Under the pieces are notes generated by a model, which worked only from the letters and a program-made list of their open reading frames with translations, was not told the DNA's origin and did no database searches. Shown one piece after another: positions 12,255 through 22,758 of a DNA stretch of 64,000 nucleotides. The position numbers were made by a program, and so were the translations under genes. Every line of letters begins with the position of its first letter. The stretch's first letter is position 1. The DNA is from Camelus dromedarius (taxonomy: Eukaryota). The stretch is from the NCBI RefSeq assembly GCF_036321535.1, contig NC_087437.1, positions 18,974,001-19,038,000 of the forward strand, in the 5' to 3' direction.

Positions 12255-13785
12255 GCCTCTCCATCCACCCCCTTTTGATCATTCTCTAACTTGCAAGAGG
12301 TGGGTCAATTCAGGGAAGGGTAGAGATCCTGATCGTCACTGCTTAGGGATTGTTCCTTCATCTCCAAAGTCAATTGTATTGCAAGATCTTCTTGATCTTT
12401 TTGTAGCATCATGGCTATCATCTGATGAGAGAGTGGCTGTGCAGAAGAAGCACTGAAGACTATGGATACAACACAATAGACCAGTATCATGACCACTTTG
12501 ACAAAAACAAGAACAATTAGCAGTCCCTTTATTAGTTGTTTCAGAACCAAGGACTCCAATTGCCCAATGCAGGCCAACAAAACAAATCTTATAGGCTATA
12601 AGATCAGCCTTAGAGAGCCACATAGCTTTTTCTTTTAGGTGACGTATAGACTGTTCCACCTTGTTTCTTTCATTTATCCAAGCACAGCAAGAAATATTAA
12701 CAATGGTACAAATGACTTAATGTCAAACTAGTAAGAAACCTACAATAATGTGTTTTTTCATTACTATTTGTGTCAATAAGTTGAAACGGATCTGTATTCC
12801 ACCTAGGATAGAGATGATATCATTAATAATTTTGCCAGAGTTAGTGATAAGTTTCTTATAGGATTTTCTGTTTGTCTGATTCTCACCAGTGGGAACACTG
12901 CTCAAATTGTTTGCCTAAACTATAAGTCAGTAATTTTCCCAAGTTGAATGCCAGGTAATCAAGAGTAGCTTCATTTTGGAGCTTACATCTGAGCTCAAAA
13001 TTTCCAGCCATGGTAATTTATTAGAATTAGAGTCTCAGTGTACAGACAAGTGTCAGAGTGTGTGATGATTAGCTTGAGACAAACAGGTTCAGGCATCCTG
13101 GCCACAGAGGAGTAGTATCCAGTAAGGTCACATGGAGATCTAAGAAAAAAGGAGTTGTTCACAAAACAAGGTCAGAACCAAGGCCTTATGTTGGCCTGGG
13201 TTACAAATTTGGATCTCTTTTATTTTCTTCCAGTTAGCAAGTATTTGGCCCATTACCCTACCAAGGTTGTTGAATTCAAATTTAGAATTACCTAAGGTCT
13301 GATTAGTAGTTTATAATAATTGGTTCTTTTTCTGGAGACAAGGACACTAGCAAAGTCATAAGTTGATTTGTTCAAGGTAATTTGTCCATGTGGGTGAAAG
13401 CGGAAATCCTATCAGCTGTAGTCTCTTATGGTCTCATTTGATAATTTTGAAATTATCATAAAGGTCTGGTAATGCATGGCATATAGAGCAATCAGTAAGA
13501 TGAAGGGCAGTGACTATTGTTTGGGATAATCTAAGAAAGGTGTTGGAATGAGTATGTTTTGATCTAACAAAATAAGGAGGGGAGCAAAGAAAAAAAGGGC
13601 CATTGTGGGTGAATAACACCAGGGATCTATAGAAAATGAGAAGAAGAATTATTATAAGCAAGTAGATATGAAGCAAAGCAGGAATTAGATAGGAACCTTG
13701 GTCTGATGTCTTGGGCAGAAGCTGTAGGCTGTCAGAGATTATCTGCTTATTCTGAAAGTTTTAGGTCAGCTATCTGATGCTACTT
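12255..13785 (-). mobile_element. Decayed class I ERV env (SU + TM) and pol tail
   Basis: SU-like NTFLRLSQTIVTALHLTDCSICH (CWIC-type motif); TM-like QIRFNLLTQIVMKKHIIVGFLLV and EQSIRHLKEKAMWLSKAD; many stops and frameshifts. Confidence 0.75.
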
Positions 13786-14210
13786 TTTTTTTAAAGCTTT
13801 ACTCAGGTATAATTGACAAATAAAAATTGCATATATTTAAAGTGTGCAACTTGATGTCTTGGTATATGTATATAGGATGAAATGATCACCACAGTCAAGC
13901 TAATTAACATATAACAAGTTTATAGCTAATTAAAATATGTATCACTTCACATAGTTACTATATATGTGTATATATATTTCGGTGAGAACATTTAAGAGCT
14001 ACCCTCTTAGCAAATTTCAAGTACAGCTGGATCCAACCAACTGTGGAATTGAAAATATTTGGAAAAAAATTCCAGAAAATTCCCCAAAGCAAAACTTAAA
14101 CTTGCCATGCTCCTGCAACATTTTGCATGTATTTACAACTATTTACATAGCATTCACATTATGTTAGGTATTATGCATAATCTAGAGATGATTTAAAGTA
14201 TATAGGAGGA

Positions 14211-15490
14211 GCCAACAGGCACATGAAAAGATGTTCAACATCACTAATCATCAGAGAAATGTAAATCAAAACCACAGTGACGTATTTCCTCACACCTGTT
14301 AAAATAGCTATCATCAAAAACATCACAAATAATAAATGTTGGCTAGGTTGAGGAGTAAAATGAACCCTTGTAAACTGTTGATGAGAATGTAAACTGGTGT
14401 AGCTTTGCCCAGTGGCAGTATTGTAGCCAATGAGGTTTATCCAAGGTGGATTATTGCTAATTGAGAATGTAAATTGGTGGAGCCACTACTCGAAAACAGT
14501 ATGAAGGTGCCTCAAAAGACTAAAAGTAAAAATACCATATGATCCAGCAATCCCACTCCTGAGTGTATATCAGAAGAAAATGAAAACACTATTTTGAAAA
14601 GATACATGCATCTCAGTGTTCATAGCAGCATTATTTACAATAGCCAAGATGTGAAAGCAACCTACATGTCCATCAACAGATGAGTGGATAAAGAAGATGT
14701 GGGAGATATATATATATATATATCTATATATATATGAAATGAAATACTACTGAGCCATAAAAAAGAATGAAAATTTGCCTTTTGCAACACCCTGGATGGA
14801 CCTGGAGATTATTATGATTAGAGAAATAAGTCAGACAGAGAAAGACAAATGCTGTATGCTATCACTTATATGTGGAATCCAAAAAATAAAACTAGCTAGT
14901 GAATATAATGAAACAGAAACAGACTCACATATATAGAGAATAAACTAGTGGTTACCAACTGGAGAGCAAAGTGGGGAGGGGCAAGATAGCAGTAGGGGAT
15001 TATGAGTAAAATTAATAAACTAACTAGTGGTTACCAAAGGGGAAGGGGGTGTGGGGAGGGATAAATTAGGAGTTTGAGATTAACAGATACAAACTACTGT
15101 ATATAAAATAAGCAACAAGGTCCTACTGTATACCACAGACAACTATATTCAATATCCTATAATAAACCATAATGGAAAATAATCTGAAAAAGAATATATA
15201 TATATATATATAACTGAATCACTTTGCTGTACACTAGAAACTAACACATTGTAGATCAACTATAATTCAAAATAAAACAAAAATGAAATCAAGCTAAAAC
15301 ATGAGTAACATGAGTATTAATGATAAAAATAAAATAAAATAAACTACAATGATATATTGTACAGCACAGGGAATATAGCCAAAATTTTATAACTTCAAAC
15401 AAAGTATAATCTGTAAACATTTTAAACCACTATGTTGTACACCTTGAAAGTAATATATTATTTTAAATCAACTATACCTCAAAAAAATTT
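14211..15490 (+). mobile_element. 5'-truncated L1 inserted in MER2, with a nested L1 3' fragment at ~15020-15290
   Basis: L1 ORF2 end and 3'UTR; 17-bp TSD TAAAGTATAT(A/G)GGA(G/C)GA at 14194-14210 and 16156-16172. Confidence 0.85.
14401..14467 (+). pseudogene. RNU4: 3'-truncated U4 snRNA retrocopy
   Basis: AGCTTTGCCCAGTGGCAGTATTGTAGCCAATGAGGTTTATCCAAGGTGGATTATTGCTAATTGA matches U4 nt 1-~65 with changes at CpG sites; flanked by TSD TGAGAATGTAAA(C/T)TGGTG (14382-14399, 14462-14479). Confidence 0.92.
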
Positions 15491-16610
15491 AACACTTCTC
15501 CCATAGGTTAAAAAAAAGAAAAGAAAGAGCTGATAGTTTCTTTAAATATAATTTAAACTTATACCTGTTGAATAATTATAAAAATGCTTAAATTTTTTAT
15601 TACCAATTTGTGCAAACAAAATTTCTCATTGAAGGTCTATGTAAGAAATTGAAAATATCAAGAAAAATTCATAGGCAATTTTGTATAATTATTTTAAGCA
15701 TGAAGTCTGATATAGATAAAAGAATATGGGGGCAAGCTAGTTTTTTTTTTTATTAAACACCTTGAGGATATTTTATTTGGAAGCTTTACACAAATTTAAT
15801 ATTTATAATGTTCCTCAAAGTTACTTTTTTTTTACTATTATATAATTTAATCATAATTTTATAATACAAGAAAAAATATTTTGCACCAAGCCCTCATATT
15901 TCCTTTAGTTTACTGAGTGTACAACAAAAATATTATTTTCCATGTGTGTTTGCCATAATGTAGAAAGGATTGGGAAACACTGTTTTAGGGAAACAACTAT
16001 GCAGAGAAAATTTGATTAATAACAAAAATAAAGGGAGAATAAAGGCAGCCCATTTGAACATTGACCAACATGTATTAAGTGAGGAGGAAAGTTATAAAAC
16101 AGTATGTATGGTTTATTTTCACTTTTGTAAGATAAAAACATTAAAACTAAAAAAGTAAAGTATATGGGACGAAGTGCATAGATTACATGCAAATACTATG
16201 CCATCTTTTATAAGAGTCTTGAGCATCTGTGGATTCTAGTATCCAAGGAGGGTCCTGGAACCAATCCCCCATGTATACTGGGGGATGACTGTATACAGTA
16301 TTCTTAGCTATAGTCTCCAAATTGTACATAAGATCTCCAAAACTTACTCGTCTTGTATAACTGAAACTTTTTGCCCTGGGACTAATGTCTCCCCATTTCT
16401 CCCACCCCTTAACCCCTAACAACCACCATTTTACTCTGTGCTTCTTTGAGTTTTGACTTTTTTAGATTTTACATATGAGTGAGATAGAGCAGTATTTATT
16501 TTTTCTGTATCTGGCATATTTCACTTGATATAATGTAAAATGTGATTCATTCATATTGTTGAAAATGGCAGGATTTTTTTAAAAGGCTGAGTAATATTCC
16601 ACTGTATATA

Positions 16611-17015
16611 CAGGCATACCTCCTTTTATTGTACTTGCTTTATTGAGCTTCACAGATATTGCATTTTTTTTTTTTTAACAAATTGAGGGGTTATGGCAGC
16701 CCTGCATCCAGCAAGTGTACTGGTGAATTTTTTTCTGACAGCATTTACTCACTTTTTGTCTCTGTGTCACACTTTGGTAATTCTTTGCAATATTTCAAAC
16801 CCTCCACCAGCAAAAAGATTACAACTTCCTGAAAGTCCAGATGATGTTTAGCATTTTTTTAACAATACAATATTTTAAAGTATTTTAAAATTGTTTTATA
16901 TTGTGTACATTGTTTTTAAAAAGCACAATGCTATTGCACATTTAATAGACTACAGTATACTGTAAACATAACTTTATATGCCCTGGGAAATCAAAAGTTT
17001 TGTGTGAATAGCTCA
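16611..17015 (+). mobile_element. Tigger1 internal-deletion derivative
   Basis: Starts after TA with CAGGCATACCTC(C)TTTTATTG, followed by Tigger1 subterminal sequence and 3'-end sequence (CCACCAGCAAAAAGATTACAACT). Confidence 0.8.
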
Positions 17016-17437
17016 CTCATCTGCCCTGCCTCCCTCCCTTTCTCTTTCCTGCATTTTCTTTAATTCTTTATATGAACGCGGGAAAGCAGGTATCTTCAAA
17101 ATACTGATCTCATTTCCTAAAGTAGGACTGTTGGATCATTTGGTAGTTCTGTTTTTAATTTTTTTGAGGAGGCTCCATACAGTTTTCTATAATGGCTGTA
17201 CCAATTTACATTTCCACCAAAAATGTACAACCGTTACCTTTTCTCCACATCATTTCCAACTCTTGTTATCTTTTTGAACTAGCCATTCTGAGGTGCTCTC
17301 TCATTGTGGTTTTGATTTGCATTTCCCTGATGTTAGTGTTGTTGAGCACTTTTTCATGTATCTGTTCCCTTTTGTATGTCTTCTTTTGAGAAATGCCTAT
17401 TCAGAACCTTTGCCCATTTTTAATGGGGTTTAAAATC

Positions 17438-17575
17438 TTTTTTGGCGGGAGGAGGTAATTAGGTTTATTTATTTATTTATTTTTAGAGGAGGTACTGGGG
17501 ATTGAACCCAGGACCTTCAGCACAGGACCTCGTGCATGCTAAGCATGCACTCTACTGCTTGAGCTATACCCTCCC
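17438..17575 (-). mobile_element. tRNA-derived SINE (camelid Vic-1-like)
   Basis: Minus strand GGGAGGGTATAGCTCAAGCAGTAGAGTGCATGCTTAGCATGCACGAGGTCCTG...GGGTTCAATCCCCAGTACC carries A and B boxes, followed by an A-rich tail. Confidence 0.8.
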
Positions 17576-20559
17576 TGCCTTTAATGGGTTTTTAACATTT
17601 TTTTTTTTTTTTGCTATTGAGTTGTTTTAGTTCCCTGTATATTTTGAATATTAATCACATATCACATATATGGTTTGCCAATCTTTTCTCCAATTATGTG
17701 TGCTGTCTTTTCATTCTGTTGTTTCCTTTGCTGTGCAAAAGCTTTTTCGTTTAATAGAAACTCATTGACTATTTTTGCTTTTATTGCCTGTGCTTTTGAT
17801 GTCATACACAAAAAAGTCAATGTCCAGACCAATGTCAAGAAGTTTTTCTCTATGATTCCCTCTTAGTAGTTTTACTGTTTCAGTTCTTATGTTTAAATTA
17901 TTAATCCATTTGAAATGATTTTTGTATATGGTGTCAGATGAGTCCAACTTCATTGTTCTGCTTGTGGATATTTGTTTTCCAACATTTTCCAACACGATTT
18001 GTTGAAAAGATTATCCTTTTCCTATTTTATATTCTTGGCACACTTGTTGAACAACAGTTGACTGAAAATTTGTGGATTTATTCAGACTCTGTATTCTGAT
18101 CCATTGGTCTGTGTTTATGCCAGTACCATACTTTATTGAAACCATACATTTATAATATAGTTTGAAATCGGAAAGTGTGATGCCCCCAGTTTTGTGTTTG
18201 CCCAAGATAGCTTTGGCTGTTTGTGATCTTTTTTAGCTTTATATGAATTTTAGGATTGCTTTTTCTATTTCTGTAAATAATGTCATTGGGATTTTGATAG
18301 CAATGGTATTGCATCTGTAAATCAACTACTATATTAATTCCTCCAGTCTATGAACATGGGATGTCTTTCCACATATCTTTCTTCTTTAATTTCCTCCATC
18401 AGTGTTTTATACTTTTCAGTGCACAAACCTTTCATGCCTTTGGTTAAATTTATAGCTAAGTATTTTATTTTATTTTGGTTTCTGTTGTACATGGGATGTT
18501 TTTCTAAATTTCATATTTGGATAATTTGTTATTTGAGTATAGAAAAGACCATAATTTTTGTATGTTGTGCTGTATCCTGAAACATTACTGAATTTGCTTA
18601 CTAGTGTTAACAGTTTTTGTTGATGTTATTGTTTTGTTGAGTCATTAGGGTTTTCTACCCAAGTGATCATATTTAGATAGAGACAATTTTACTTATTCCT
18701 TTTTGTTTTAGATACATTTTGTTTCTTTTCATAGTTTAATCTCTCTGGTTAGAACTTCCAGTACTATGTTGAATAGAAGTGCTGAGGATGGTCATCCTTG
18801 TCTTGTTTGGGATCTTAGAGGAAAAACTTTCAGCTTTCCCCCATTGACTATGATGTTAGCTGTGGGCTTTTCATGGACAGTCTTTATTGTGGTAAGGTAA
18901 GTTTCTTCTATATATATGTATGTATATATAGAATATATATATGTTTGTGTGTGTGTGTATATATATATATGTATTTTTATAATGAATGGGTGATGAAGTT
19001 TCTCAGATGCTTTTCTGCATCTACTGAGATGATCACGTGGTTTTTACCTTTCATTCTGTTAATGTGGAATATCACATTAATTAATTTGGAGAGGTTGAAC
19101 TGTATTTGCATCACAATGATAAGTTCCACTAGATCATGGCATATAATTCTTTGAATATACTGTTGAATTTGGTTTGCTAGTACTGTATTGAGTAATTTGT
19201 ATCTATGTTCATCAAGGATATTGGACTGCAATCTTCTTTTCTATGTGGTGTCTTTGTCTGGCTTTGGTATGACTGATGTGGTCATCATAAAATGAGCATG
19301 AATGTGTTCCCTTATCTTCTATTTTTTGGAAGAGCTTAAGAAGTATTAGTATTAATTCTTCATTAAGAAGGTCACCCAACTCGGGTGTAGAGTCTGCCCA
19401 TGTAGTCCCAGCCAGACAGCACCCAGACCTGGGTTGTCACCTCAGGCGCATTTGTTGGCCAGTAGTCAGGACCACTGGGATTCCAGCCATGAGAGCAGAT
19501 GCGGGCCAGCAGTCGCCCAGGGAAGACCCCTGAATGCAGGCCCAGGAGGTCTGAGTGCCCTTTATGCCTTTGTCCTTAACCAGCAGGGCCCTGACTTCGA
19601 GCACAAGCCGAACCCCTTGGACCCGAACCCCTCAAAGGCAGAATGAAAACGTGTTCCATGATCTTCACTTGGGCACCAAACAGATTCTTTTGTGTAGAGG
19701 AGCTTCCTGAAAATTCCCAGGCTTGTCACTCCAGGAATTCTGATGGGTTGGTCTGCCTGTGATGTGGCAAAGAATCTGCCTTCCTCCACCCCTACATTGA
19801 CTGGGCAAAGAATAGCAGTGCCTGCCAAGGCCAAGGCACAAACCACGAAGTTGAATGCCCTTAGCAGAGACCTGATTGACAGGTCGTTCTGGAGACAGGA
19901 ATGCGTTGCTGCCCTCAAAATGAGAGTATGTAGTGCGCTGTGTTGTGCAAAGGGATGAAGTGAGCAATGGTGTACTTGAAGGACAGGGGTGGTCAGAAAC
20001 GTTGCGCCGTCCTCTGCAACCAGAGGGCAAGTAGTGCCTATTCTAAAATGAGCGTTGGGCGTTTTCTCCCATTAACGGTGCAGGAGCAGTGGAGCCACAC
20101 CTTTCCTTCGGCCCCCCTGGATGAGCCGCGGAGATGCACCTTGACACAGACACTGAGATCAAAGGCGCCGACGCCATATCATCTTAAGGGGTACCTGTCA
20201 GGTCAGACCCAGCCGGGCCAAGTCGGGGCTCCTGGGCAGTTGGGTTCATCCTTCTGCAGGACATTTTGGTCATCTGTCAGCTGGGCTACCACAAATACCC
20301 TTCTCCGGTGTAGTGTAGGTCAAGTGAGATCAAGTGAGGTCTGGGTTCAGCGCATAGAAGTGTGAGAGTCAGCATCGTGGTCAACTGATAGATAAGTGGA
20401 TCATGCAGCGGCTGCTCTGAAGACCGTCAGTTCTAACCTCGCTCTCCGTTTCAACCCGGCTGGAAGAATCGGAGCCTTTTTGACAAATCAGGCAAAAAGG
20501 ACTCGTAAAGGAGGCCATCGCAGAGTCACCCCCCTCCCCCCAAAGCGACCCAAACCAAG

Positions 20560-21235
20560 AGCACAGGACATTTCCGGGGCGGAGTCTCAGGGGGGCGGAG
20601 CGCCCGACATGTCAGTGCCCTGGTGCAGCTAGTGGTCCGCTGGTGGGAGCCGAAATTTCCTGGGCTTTTGGGTTAAGGTTCTCCGCGGGCAACTCCGACT
20701 CCGGGAAAGCCGAGACCTTGACCCTGGAAGCGTAGCCCTAGAGGGCACGATTGTTGGGCCCCCTTGAGGCCTCTGAAAAGTAGTTTCCTACAGTGAAGTA
20801 GGCAGCACAGCCAGGGCTCTGGGGCAGCTGGGACAGCGCGCGAGGTCTACGGGGCGGAGCCTCGCAGGGGGCGGAGCCTTGAGTGAAGATATATTGTCAG
20901 GCGCGTTCCCAGCGGCTTCACTTGTCACATCTCTGGCCATCGGGCGTGGGTGCGTCAAGGGGTCGCCTGGCTGGCTTCGGTGAGCAGCGGCAGCGCCGGA
21001 CGCCGTTCCCCCACGAGTCTGGACTGCGGGACTCCCGGCAGGAGCTCCCGGAGCTCCGAGGACTGGCCCCGCGTCGCGCCGTCCTGCGCCCCAAGATAAC
21101 CCTCCCCGCCCAGGCTTGCATACTCTGAACGGGTGCGCAGGTCTTCGAGAGCTTTCCCAGCGTGCAGGACTGAGCCCTTCGTCGCCCTCTGCCAGGTCCC
21201 GGGAGCGCGGTCCCCCGCGCCTGTCGGTCGAGGTG
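20560..21235 (+). promoter_or_regulatory. CpG-island promoter/5'UTR of copy 3
   Basis: GGGGCGGAG GC boxes at ~20576, 20592, 20851 and 20868; CTCF-like motifs at 20735-20771; 5'UTR homologous to copies 1 and 2. Confidence 0.6.
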
Positions 21236-22075
21236 ATGGGCAGCCGGCCCCGCAGCCCCAGCGCCTACCCTGCGGACGCGCGGGGAGAGCAGGCCGGAGG
21301 CCCCAGCCCTGCCAAGCGCCGCCGAACGGAGGAGCCCGCCAGCCCCGGGTGGGAGGCGGCGTCCAGCCTGGGCGAGCTGACTGCGGCTCCGCCGTCGGGC
21401 TCGCTCACCTCCGTGGTGGTCCTGGCCACCGGCTGTGCCCTGTACCTGGCTCTAGACGACGTGGACCTGCTACTGCAGCCCGAGCCCACGTCCATGCTGG
21501 AAGTGTCTGTCGGAGATCGCACCCTCACACTGGTCCCTGAGGCCCTCGTGGACTCGGACGTCCAATTCCCATGGGGACAGGGCCTGGAACTGGTCGCCGT
21601 CCTGAGCGCTCCGGGGGAGTCCATCGCCCTGGAGCAGGGATTCTTCTGCTTAGCTGTCCCAGAAATTTCCGACCAAGAGGGGGCCGACGAGGAGCAGGAG
21701 GAGGAGGGTGAGGAGAAGGAGGGTGAGGAGGAGGGGGAGGAGGAGGAGGAGAAGGCGGCGGCAGCGGCTGCGGATGCTGAGTTCCTGTCGCCTGGGATGG
21801 AAGCTGCAGCCGGCTCAGTGGCAGGACTCGGCTATCCTGCAGGAAGGCTGTCGGGCCAGACCTCCAGGGCTGGGTGCCAGAGCCCTGGCCTGGGGCCTCC
21901 AAGCCTAGTCGGGAGAGAGGTTCTCCTCAGCACGACCAGCACCTGGACTCCCACCTCGCGGAGCCTTTCCCAGACACAAGCTCTACTTCCTTCTCCTTGT
22001 CCAGGTCCCCAGGAGCGCCCCCAACGCCCTCATGGTCCTCATCCCAAGGCCCGGAGACGCCTGATCCTGAAATGA
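21236..22075 (+). CDS. PRR23: Proline-rich protein 23 family member (copy 3), 279 aa, with an acidic insertion and a compensated frameshift
   Basis: MGSRPRSPSAY start in the same Kozak context; open frame through the conserved C-terminus PGPQERPQRPHGPHPKARRRL; ~40 codons are read in a shifted frame relative to the paralogs. Confidence 0.8.
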   Translation: MGSRPRSPSAYPADARGEQAGGPSPAKRRRTEEPASPGWEAASSLGELTAAPPSGSLTSVVVLATGCALYLALDDVDLLLQPEPTSMLEVSVGDRTLTLVPEALVDSDVQFPWGQGLELVAVLSAPGESIALEQGFFCLAVPEISDQEGADEEQEEEGEEKEGEEEGEEEEEKAAAAAADAEFLSPGMEAAAGSVAGLGYPAGRLSGQTSRAGCQSPGLGPPSLVGREVLLSTTSTWTPTSRSLSQTQALLPSPCPGPQERPQRPHGPHPKARRRLILK

Positions 22076-22752
22076 ACTCCTCTCGACCCCACTCTGCATC
22101 ATTTCTCCCCAGCAGGCTGGGGACAGGGACAGAGTCTGCTGGGATTGGCTGTGTAGACATTGCCCAACGGGCAGGAATGACAGAGGTCAGAGCTGCGGGG
22201 ATGCACGCTGCATGGCAGAATTTGGCATCAGTGGCTGACCTAAAACACTGAGACGGAAGGTCACCTGGGCCAAGGGAAGCCACTTGAAATACAGTGTCCT
22301 TGCAGACATCCAGATTGCTGCTTAGGTTTTCTCTAGGGAGGTCAGCCTTAAGCAGCTCTACCCCCTCCCCTCCCCCCAATTTCCCTTCAAACCTAAGCAC
22401 CAGCACTTTTCTATAAAAAGCCATCCTTTCCCCAGCTCCCTACCACTGCCTCCCCCACCCCTGCCCTATTCCAGGGCCCCAATTCCCACCTACTGGAGTC
22501 AGTTACTCAATTTCTTTTGCTGACAGGGCTTTGGCCCTAGTGTCCCTGCTAGTTGATGACAACCCTGGACTCATGTGGAGCTTTGCTGGATGGTGGCTCT
22601 AGCCCCTCTGGGGGATATGGCCAGTGTTTGTAGGTGGATGAACGCTTGTGGGCTACAAAACACAGAATGGGGAACAAGGACCATGGGCTTTCCTGTGTTT
22701 GAATGACTCGGTTGGCCAATTGATCAACGCTGTTGCTGGGTTTGCGGGTTTC

Positions 22753-22758
22753 AATAAA
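22753..22758 (+). terminator. Candidate polyadenylation signal for copy 3
   Basis: AATAAA ~680 nt after the stop, followed by T-rich sequence. Confidence 0.55.

Larger units (their letters stand above)
14024..16291 (-). mobile_element. MER2 (Tigger-group DNA transposon) split into 14024-14210 and 16156-16291
   Basis: TA duplications at both ends; terminal CAGTCATCCCCCAGTATACATGGGGGATTGGTTCCAGGACC matches MER2; the two halves join across the inserted L1. Confidence 0.8.
13786..19370 (-). mobile_element. Old L1 (L1MA-like) 3' portion hosting nested insertions
   Basis: T-rich tail at ~13786, then L1 3'UTR and ORF2 peptides on the minus strand ([34 protein letters not shown]). Confidence 0.85.

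Noticed and set aside
12255..13785. Possible co-opted (syncytin/HEMO-like) env gene
   Set aside because: Only short broken frames with many stops; the immunosuppressive and CX6CC regions are degraded.
17486..17575. Functional tRNA gene
   Set aside because: The tRNA-like head is attached to a SINE tail and recurs degenerately four times in the window.
21116..21235. N-terminal extensions from the ORF track for copies 2 and 3 (starts at 7275 and 21116)
   Set aside because: Non-ATG starts, and the extensions are in different frames between paralogs; the conserved MGSRPRSPSA ATG is preferred.
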